A stretch of DNA of 64,000 nucleotides from an uncultured Actinomycetes bacterium (lineage in GTDB: Bacteria; Actinomycetota; Actinomycetes; Streptosporangiales; Streptosporangiaceae). The translations under genes were made by a program, and so were the position numbers. The DNA is taken from positions 1,457-65,456 of the forward strand of contig CAWJPL010000035.1 in the NCBI GenBank assembly GCA_963844695.1, written 5' to 3'. The notes below the pieces were generated by a model. That model ran no database searches. It was not told where the DNA came from and saw only the letters and a list, made by a program, of their open reading frames with translations. Shown here one piece after another: positions 57,255 to 64,000 of this stretch; the first letter of the stretch is position 1; each line of letters starts with the position of its first letter.

Positions 57255-58439
57255 ATGCCCACGCACGCCGCCGGACAGCCTGGCCACGACCTCGACCTGC
57301 TCCGGATCGACCAGCAACTGAGCTCTGACGAGGTACTGGTCCGCGACACGGTACGGGCCTTTGCTGCCGAGCGGGTGATGCCGCATATCGCGGACTGGTT
57401 CGAGGCAGGCACGCTGCCCCGTGAACTCGCCCCCGAACTGGGCAAGCTGGGGCTGCTCGGCATGCACCTGACTGGCTACGGCTGTGCGGGCATGGGCCCG
57501 GTCGCGTACGGAGTCGCCTGCCGCGAGCTGGAAGCAGCCGACTCCGGGCTGCGCAGCCTGGTCTCCGTCCAGGGCTCGCTGGCCATGTTCCCGATCTGGA
57601 AATACGGCTCGGCGGAACAGAAGGAGGAATGGCTGCCCCGGATGGCCGCTGGCGAGGCGATCGGCTGCTTCGGGCTGACCGAGCCCGACCATGGGAGCGA
57701 TCCGTCCAGCATGACGACCAAAGCGATCCATAACGGAACCGGCTGGGTGCTCTCCGGCTCGAAAATGTGGATCACCAACGGGTCGGTCGCGGATATCGCC
57801 GTGGTGTGGGCCCAGACTCCGGAGGGGATCCGGGGGTTCCTGGTCCCGCGGGCGGCGCGCGGGTTCACCTCCCGCACGATCCACAAGAAGATGTCGCTCC
57901 GCGCGTCGATCACCGCGGAACTGCACTTCGACGACGTGAAGCTGCCCGCGGACGCCATGCTGCCCGGGGTGGTCGGGCTGAAAGGCCCGCTGTCCTGCCT
58001 GACTGAGGCGCGGTTCGGCATCATCTGGGGGGTGACCGGGGCGGCCCGGTCCTGCCTGGACGCCGCGGTGGACTACGCCCGGACCCGGGAGCAGTTCGGC
58101 AAGCCGATCGGCGGCTTCCAGCTCACCCAGGGCAAGCTGGCCTGGATGCTGGCCGATCTGTCCCGGGCCCAGCTGGTCGCACTGCACCTGGGCCGGCTCA
58201 AGGAAGCCGGGGAGCTGTCTCCCGAGCAGGTCAGCCTGGGCAAGATGAGCAACGTCCGGGCGGCTATCGAGATCGCCCGCCAGGCCCGGACCATCCTCGG
58301 GGCCAACGGGATCACGCTGGAGTACCCGGTGATCCGGCACGCCAACAACCTGGAGTCGGTGCTCACCTACGAGGGCACCGAGGAAGTGCACGCCCTCGCC
58401 CTGGGCCAGGTCCTGACCGGCATCAGCGCCTACCGGTAG
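57255..58439 (+). CDS. acyl-CoA dehydrogenase, glutaryl-CoA dehydrogenase-like
   Basis: 394-aa ORF: GCFGLTEPDHGSDPSSM, GSKMWITNGSVADIAVVWA, QFGKPIGGFQLTQ, YEGTEEVHAL. Confidence 0.9.
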   Translation: MPTHAAGQPGHDLDLLRIDQQLSSDEVLVRDTVRAFAAERVMPHIADWFEAGTLPRELAPELGKLGLLGMHLTGYGCAGMGPVAYGVACRELEAADSGLRSLVSVQGSLAMFPIWKYGSAEQKEEWLPRMAAGEAIGCFGLTEPDHGSDPSSMTTKAIHNGTGWVLSGSKMWITNGSVADIAVVWAQTPEGIRGFLVPRAARGFTSRTIHKKMSLRASITAELHFDDVKLPADAMLPGVVGLKGPLSCLTEARFGIIWGVTGAARSCLDAAVDYARTREQFGKPIGGFQLTQGKLAWMLADLSRAQLVALHLGRLKEAGELSPEQVSLGKMSNVRAAIEIARQARTILGANGITLEYPVIRHANNLESVLTYEGTEEVHALALGQVLTGISAYR

Positions 58440-58468
58440 GGACTCTTCCCAGTAGGCCCGTACTTACT

Positions 58469-58548
58469 GCAGAGCCGCTCACCCGCAAAGCCGCCTGCCG
58501 CAAAGCCCGCCTGCCGCAGAGCCCGCGCGTTCCGCGGAGCCCGTGCTT
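58469..58548. repeat. degenerate 15-18-nt tandem repeat (about 5 units, CCGCARAGCCCGC-like)
   Basis: tgcagagccgctcac / ccgcaaagccgcctg / ccgcaaagcccgcctg / ccgcagagcccgcgcgtt / ccgcggagcccgtgctt, in the convergent intergenic region. Confidence 0.55.
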
Positions 58549-60965
58549 ACCTCAAAGACAGGGCGGCCAGGGCGGCGTTGACGATGGAGCCGGAGTCCAG
58601 GTCGTGCGCCCGGTACAGGTCGCTGACCGACCCGGACTGGCCGAAGCTGTCCACCCCGAGGCTGACCGCGGGCACCCCCAGGGCGGAGCCGAGCCAGCTC
58701 AGCGTGTGCGAGGCGGCGTCGTGCACGGTGACGACCGGCACCCGGCCCCCGAAAGCCCCGTCCAGGAAAGCGCTGCGTAGCGCGCCGGGGATGGAGGGCA
58801 CCGTGGCGGTGCGAACCCCCTGGCGCAGCGTCCGCTGCCAGGCCCGGTAGAGCCGGTCCGCCGAGGTCACGTCGACCACGTTGGCGGCGATGCCCTCCTC
58901 GGCCAGTTCGGCCGCGGCGGCCAGCACCTCCGGCAGCACCGCGCCGCAGCCGGCCAGGTGCACCAGGGGTGTGCCGTCGGCGGCAGGGCTGGCGTCGACC
59001 AGCCGGTAGGCGCCCGCGAGGACCTGACGGCGCAGCACCGCGTCACCCAGCCGGTCCCGCGCCGCCGCGAACGGCTGCTGGTCGATGCCCCGGGTGGTGA
59101 GCCGGAAGTAGTACGAGCCGTCCTCCATGACCGGCGCCCCGCTCCGGGGCGGGACGGGCGCGGCCGCGTTGGCCGTGGCGATGCTCTGCAGGGCCCCGCA
59201 CATCAGCCAGTCCAGGGCGGTGCCGTAGGCGGGCTCGATGAACGTGACGCCGGGCAGTTCCAGGCCGACCGAGGCGGTGATGGTGGACTGGTGCGCGCCG
59301 CCCTCCGGGGCCAGGGTGATCCCGGACGGGGTGCCGGCCACGATGAACCGGGCGCCGGAGTACACCGAGTAGACGAAGGCGTCCAGGCCGCGGAGCACGA
59401 ACGGGTCGTACACCGTGCCCACCGGCAGCAGCGGCTGGTCCGACAGGTCCCAGGCCAGGCCGAGCTGGCCGAGCAGCAGGAACAGGTTCATCTCGCTGAT
59501 GCCCAGCTCGATGTGGTGGCCGTCCGGGCCCTCGGCCCACTTCAGCACGGTGTCCTCGCTCCACGACCGCCGCGCGTCCGGGCTGAACACCTTGGTGCGG
59601 TTGATGAAGCCGGCCAGGTTGGTCGAGGTGGCCACGTCGGGCGCCGCCGTGACCAGGTAGGGCGCCACGGCCTCGTCCCGGGACAGGTCCACCAGGATCC
59701 GGCCGAAGGCCTCCTGGGTCGAGAGGGCACGGCCGGTGCGCAGGCCGGTGGAATCAGGCACGGTCACGGCCGGCGGCCGGGCGGCCCCGTGGTCGGGAAG
59801 CAGAGGGCCGGGACGGGCGGGCCAGGTGCTCACGCCGCGCCGCGGCCCACTGGCCCGCCGGGGTCATCGGGTCGAAACGGTCCCACTCGGTGTCCGCGGT
59901 CAGTCCCAGCCGGGTCCGCATCTCGTCCATCTGGGTCGTGGTGAGCAGCGCCGAATGGTTGCGCGGGTTGCCGGCCATGGGCAGTCCCCAGCCCTTGACC
60001 GTGTACGCGAAGACCACGCTCGGCCGCTCCTTCTCCGCGTCGCAGGCGGCGAACGCGGCGAGCAGGGAGCGCAGGTCATGCCCGGCCAGGTCGGTGACCA
60101 GGCCGGCCAGTTCGTCGTCGGCCAGCCCGGCGCAGAACCCGCGGACCTCCTCCGGGGCGCCGTCCAGGAAGCGGGCCCGGACGTCGGCCGGGGCCAGGCC
60201 GAACAGCGACTGGTAGTGCTCGTTGGGCAGGGCGTCGATCCAGTCCCGCAGGGCGCCGCCGCTGGGCCGGGCGAACGCCTCCTGGAGCGCCGCACCGTAC
60301 TTCGCCTCCACCACGTGCCAGCCCGCCGCGGTGAACTGCTGCTCCCACTGGGCGATCCGCATCCCGGGCACCACCCGGTCCAGCGACTGGCGGTTCAGGT
60401 CCACCACCCACATGACGTTGCCGAGCCCGTCGGTGGCCGGATCGGCGACCGCCTCCCAGATGTTGCCCTCGTCCAGTTCGGCGTCGCCGATCAGGGAGAT
60501 GAACCGGCTGCGCGGCCGGGGGCCGAAGTGCGCGTCCACGTACCGGCGGGCCACGGCGGCGAACAGCGGTGCGGCCGCCCCCAGCCCGACCGACCCGGTG
60601 GAGAAGTCCGGGCTGTCCGGGTCCTTGGTCCGGCTCGGGTAGGCCTGCAGGCCGCCGAACGCGCGGAGCGACGGCAGGTAGCTGCGGTCCAGGTGGCCGA
60701 GCAGGTACTGGATCGCGTGGTACACCGGGGAAGCGTGCGGCTTCACGCTCACCTTGTCCGGCGCGTCCAGGTACGCGAAGTACAACGCGGTCATCACGCT
60801 GACCAGGCTGGCGCTGGAGGCCTGGTGCCCGCCCACCTTGACGCCGTCCCCGGTGTCGCGGTCGTGATTGGCCGCGTCCACGATCCGGGTCGCCAGCCAC
60901 AGGACCCGCTGCTGGATCTCGGCGAGGACGTCCAGATCGACCTGATCGGTACTGGCCACGGTCAT
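58547..60965 (-). pseudogene. homodimeric-type 2-oxoacid (pyruvate) dehydrogenase E1 / transketolase-like protein, split by a frameshift within 59754..59833
   Basis: N-part (ATG 60965: MTVASTDQVDLDVLAEIQQRVLWL..., ThDP motif GDAELDEGNIWEA). C-part (58547..59833: STQEAFGRILVDL..., GISEMNLFLLLGQLG, C-terminal TK-like domain). The two ORFs overlap by 80 nt in different frames. The total of 2419 nt is not a multiple of 3. Confidence 0.7.
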
Positions 60966-61052
60966 GACACTCCACCCGGGTGACGTGCTGGTCAGGCCAG
61001 CTTCCCATCCACCCCGCACACTCGCCAGTCCGGTCCTGAGACGATAGGCCGT

Positions 61053-61346
61053 GTGATCGATTCGCAGATTACCCACGACCCAGACGATTCCCGGTTCGAG
61101 TACCGCTCGGGAGGCTCCGTTGCGGAGCTTGTGTACCGGCTGCGGGGCCAACGGATGGTCCTGCTGCATACCGGCGTACCGCACGCCTTGGAAAAGCACG
61201 GCATCGGGGGCGAGCTCGTGCGGGCCGCGGTCGGGTACGCGGCGAGCCAGGGACTGACTGTCGTGCCGGCCTGCCCGTTCGCGCGGGCCTGGCTGGAGGA
61301 GCACCCGGACGTCGCGGCCCAGGTCTCGATCGACGCGCCGGCCTAG
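61053..61346 (+). CDS. small GNAT-like N-acetyltransferase (Acetyltransf_CG/YitI-like)
   Basis: 97-aa ORF from GTG 61053: RFEYRSGGSVAELVYRLRGQRMVLLHTGVPHALEKHGIGGELVRAAVGYAASQGLTVVPACPFARAWL. Confidence 0.75.
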   Translation: MIDSQITHDPDDSRFEYRSGGSVAELVYRLRGQRMVLLHTGVPHALEKHGIGGELVRAAVGYAASQGLTVVPACPFARAWLEEHPDVAAQVSIDAPA

Positions 61347-61358
61347 CGGGCGGCTGTA

Positions 61359-62462
61359 ATGGTGCCGGAGTACGCCCGCATCCTGGCCGCCGTCGTCGGG
61401 TCGTTCCTGATCGTCCTCGACTGCATCAGCCTGGTCGGGACACTGATCGTGCCCCGCCCGGCCGGCGGCCGGCTGATGATCTGGGTCAACCGGATCGTCC
61501 ACGCCGGGTTCCAGCTGATGACCGCGCCGGTCAAGAACTACCACCACCGGGACCGGATCCTGGCCGCCCAGGCCGCCACCCTGCTGATCGCCCAGCTTGT
61601 GGCCTGGCTGCTCGTGGCGTACGTCGGATTCGGGCTGCTGCTGTGGCCGTTCACGCACGGCGGGGTCACGCTGTCCTTCGACAACGCCGGGCCAGCCTTC
61701 TGGTTCGCCGGCGACTTCACCGAGGACGGGGCGGCGGTCCGCGTCATCCTGTACGCGGCCGCCCTGATCGGGCTGGTCACGGTGACCCTGCAGATCGCCT
61801 ATCTGCCCACCCTGTACTCGGCCTTCAACCGCCGTGAGACGGACGTCGCCCTGCTGAACGCGCGGGCCGGGGTGCCCTCGTGGGGCCCGGAACTGCTGGC
61901 CCGGACGCACTACGCGCTGGGCTCGGGCGCGTCCACCATCAACACCCTGCCCGACCTGTATGACCAGTGGGAGCGCTGGGCGGCGGACATCGCCGAGAGC
62001 CACACCACCTATCTGCCGCTGGTCCGGTTCCGCTCGCCCCGGCCGCTCTCGTCCTGGGTCACGGCGCTGCTCGCGGTGCTGGATTCCGCGGCCATGTACC
62101 TGGCGCTGTCCCCGGAGTCCGCGCCGACGGTCGCGGCCCGGCTATGCCTGCGCGGCGGTTTCCAGTGCTTCAACGACGTGGCCCGGGCCATGAGCCTGCA
62201 CCCGCCGGAGATGCCCGATCCGGCCGCGGGCATCAGCCTGACCTACCAGGACTGGCTGGACGCGATCGCGACGCTGGAGAAGGTGAACTTCCCGATCGAG
62301 CGCACGCCCGCCGACGCGTGGCCGGACTTCGTCGGCTGGCGGGTCAACTACGAGCAGGCCGCCTACGCCATGGCCAAGGCCGTCGACGCGGTCCCGGCGC
62401 TCTGGTCGGGCCCGCGGCGCCATGCCCAGAAAGCCATCCCGCCCATCCGCCCGCGGGCCTGA
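61359..62462 (+). CDS. hypothetical membrane protein
   Basis: 367-aa ORF with strong GC3 bias and N-terminal TM helices (ILAAVVGSFLIVLDCISLVGTLIV; LLIAQLVAWLLVAYVGFGLLLW). Confidence 0.65.
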   Translation: MVPEYARILAAVVGSFLIVLDCISLVGTLIVPRPAGGRLMIWVNRIVHAGFQLMTAPVKNYHHRDRILAAQAATLLIAQLVAWLLVAYVGFGLLLWPFTHGGVTLSFDNAGPAFWFAGDFTEDGAAVRVILYAAALIGLVTVTLQIAYLPTLYSAFNRRETDVALLNARAGVPSWGPELLARTHYALGSGASTINTLPDLYDQWERWAADIAESHTTYLPLVRFRSPRPLSSWVTALLAVLDSAAMYLALSPESAPTVAARLCLRGGFQCFNDVARAMSLHPPEMPDPAAGISLTYQDWLDAIATLEKVNFPIERTPADAWPDFVGWRVNYEQAAYAMAKAVDAVPALWSGPRRHAQKAIPPIRPRA

Positions 62463-62544
62463 CCAGTTCCGGGCGACCACGGCTACGCGGATCACCGCTT
62501 CAGTCGGTACGCTTCGTCCGACGGTGCCGGCCTGGCCGGTTCCA

Positions 62545-62619
62545 GGGGCGTTAGCTCAATGGCAGAGCAGCGGACTTTTAATCCGTAGGTTCTGGGTTCG
62601 AGCCCCAGGCGCCCCACCA
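62545..62619 (+). tRNA. tRNA-Lys (anticodon TTT), CCA encoded
   Basis: Manual cloverleaf: GGGGCGT-TA-GCTC-AATGGCA-GAGC-A-GCGGA-CTTTTAA-TCCGT-AGGTT-CTGGG-TTCGAGC-CCCAG-GCGCCCC-A-CCA. Confidence 0.9.
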
Positions 62620-62666
62620 GCGCACCAACTACGCATCCGGGTCCTCGCCGCGGCCGGGAGGGCCCC

Positions 62667-63335
62667 GTGAGCAGCCAGCAGGCCGAGATCAGCGCGGCAG
62701 ACCGGGCCGACGCCGAAACCATCTGGGACTTCCACCAGATGCACCACCAGCGACGGCCATGCGAAGCCGCGATCGGCCTGGGCAGCCGCGACCTCGGCGT
62801 GGCGACCTTCGCCGCGAAGCTCTACCACGCCGCGATGTTCCCCGTAGTGGTGTTCAGCGGCGCCAACAGCCCCAGCACCGCCGGGCGCTTCCCCCGCGGC
62901 GAAGCCGTTCACTACAGCGAGCGCGCCCTCGAACTTGGCGTCCCCGCCTCGGCCACCGTCGCCGAGCCGACCGCCACCAACACGGGTGAGAACATCACCC
63001 GCTCCCGCGACGCCCTGAGCCGCGCGGGCATCCATCCCGCCTCGGTCCTGCTGATCTCCCTGCCGTACATGGAACGCAGGGCCTACGCCACCAGCCGCAG
63101 AGCCTGGCCCGAGGTCGAGGCCATCTGCGCGTCCGAGCCACTGACCTTCGACGAGTACGTCAACAAGATCGGTGACGTGAAACTCCTCATCGACATCCTG
63201 GTCGGCGATCTCCAGCGCGTCATCGAATATCCGGCGCTCGGCTACGCCATCGCCCAGGACGTCCCCCCGCCCGTCGAGGCTGCTTACCAGCGGCTCCTGC
63301 GAACTGGATACGACACGCGCCTGATCGGCAGGTAA
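62667..63335 (+). CDS. YdcF/DUF218 (ElyC/SanA/YdcF) family protein
   Basis: 222-aa ORF from GTG 62667: AAIGLGSRDLGVATFAAKLYHAAMFPVVVFSGAN...EPTATNTGENI...LISLPYMERRAYAT. Confidence 0.8.
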   Translation: MSSQQAEISAADRADAETIWDFHQMHHQRRPCEAAIGLGSRDLGVATFAAKLYHAAMFPVVVFSGANSPSTAGRFPRGEAVHYSERALELGVPASATVAEPTATNTGENITRSRDALSRAGIHPASVLLISLPYMERRAYATSRRAWPEVEAICASEPLTFDEYVNKIGDVKLLIDILVGDLQRVIEYPALGYAIAQDVPPPVEAAYQRLLRTGYDTRLIGR

Positions 63336-63447
63336 CACGGCTGGGAGCGCCTGGTGTGCGATCACTTATCGGGCCGGAAGCCACTGTGGGTGTTGATATC
63401 ATCACGCCGGGCGGCTGTCGCGCCCTCGTCTACGCGCTGGGCACAAC

Positions 63448-64000
63448 GTGACAGGTGAGCTAGAAGCTGATCTATTCGAGTACGACCCGATTACCGAGCC
63501 ACTGACGTACCCAGGGAGAATCCCCGACACGTCAGGTGTCCTGATTGACGCGAAGTTTCATTCTCTCCGGGCGGTGGCTGGCGCAGAGCCAGAGCACTGG
63601 CTGATGTCATCAACGCCGCTCAGCGGGGTGATACAACAGCACGGCGGCTCACCCATGAGCGCCCGCGTGCCAGTGGTAGCAGTTGGGTCAAACGCTGCGC
63701 CCAGTCAGCTCGTGCGCAAGTTCGCTACCCGATCCGTCCGTCCGCTTATACCGATTACGCTCTCGGACGTATCAAACCTCATGCCCAGCGTATCCGCGCA
63801 CGTGAGTAAGCCGGGATACATTCCAGCCGTACCGGTCAAGGTTCCGGGCGCAGCATCGCCCCTGTTCGTGCTCTGGCTCGACAATGTGCAGCTTCGTATT
63901 CTGGACGAAACCGAGCCGAACTATTGGCGCCGCAGACTCCCCGCTGAATCGTTCCCAGTCAGACTGGAGTCTGGGGTCGCACTGCCGAAGTGCTCCCTAT
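63448..64000 (+). CDS. hypothetical protein, 5' part (runs off the right edge); lower-GC gene
   Basis: Not in the track because there is no stop. My translation from GTG 63448 reads VTGELEADLFEYDPITEPLTYPGRIPDTSGVLIDAKF...RVPVVAVGSNAAPSQLVRKF...PLFVLWLDNVQLRILDETEPNYWRRRL. It has 184 codons without a stop in a region of about 58% GC. VAVGSNAAPSQL..KF faintly recalls the gamma-glutamylcyclotransferase-like YGSN motif. Confidence 0.5.
   Translation, partial: MTGELEADLFEYDPITEPLTYPGRIPDTSGVLIDAKFHSLRAVAGAEPEHWLMSSTPLSGVIQQHGGSPMSARVPVVAVGSNAAPSQLVRKFATRSVRPLIPITLSDVSNLMPSVSAHVSKPGYIPAVPVKVPGAASPLFVLWLDNVQLRILDETEPNYWRRRLPAESFPVRLESGVALPKCSL

Noticed and set aside
57171-58391. Upstream 400 codons of the 494-aa minus-strand ORF 56907..58391
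   Set aside because: It is antisense to the acyl-CoA dehydrogenase gene. Only the last ~85 codons (PspC domain) are credible.
59736-60983. 415-aa plus-strand ORF antisense to the E1 gene, with similar cases at 42050..43105, 37666..38613, 35766..36566, 15270..16058 and 290..1325
   Set aside because: All are antisense or off-frame to better-supported genes or lie in non-coding DNA. Their composition is typical of spurious high-GC ORFs.

Overview
A 64-kb, roughly 70% GC window that looks like actinobacterial chromosome; I cannot resolve the taxon by eye. No searches were run. All family names come from motifs I recognised in the translations. Coordinates of starts, repeats and tRNAs were counted by hand.

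(1) 1-15.2 kb holds hydrolase and regulator genes. These include two TetR-type switches with visible palindromic operators. A large ATP-binding LuxR (LAL) regulator sits divergent from an operon of chloroperoxidase-like hydrolase, DUF4331-like protein and a tandem muconolactone-isomerase-like fusion.

(2) 15225-54628 is the main finding. It appears to be three integrative islands stacked at a tRNA-Phe gene. They are delimited by four direct copies of the tRNA-Phe 3' half: the gene itself, a 43/43 identical copy, a 43+1-nt copy and one degenerate copy.
- The tRNA-proximal 8.4-kb island has an intact tyrosine integrase and only two cargo genes. One is a membrane-anchored SARP(wHTH+BTAD)-TM-beta-propeller-SBP5 one-component regulator. 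The other is a secreted YVTN-type propeller of about 13-14 blades, each blade carrying a C-x7-C pair.
- The two older islands show stepwise decay. The integrase of one carries a TGG->TAG change plus an 8-nt deletion, and the oldest has no integrase. IS4, ISAs1, ISAzo13 and IS1380 copies or fragments are present, along with LanC-like, hemerythrin, XRE and methyltransferase pseudogenes.

(3) 54.5-64 kb holds a tRNA-Glu/Asp/Phe cluster, an MFS transporter converging on a PspC-domain gene, and a glutaryl-CoA-dehydrogenase-like gene. It also holds an interrupted homodimeric-type E1 gene, tRNA-Lys, a YdcF-like gene and a lower-GC partial gene.

Many long ORFs in the track are antisense or alternative-frame artefacts of high GC and are listed as rejected.
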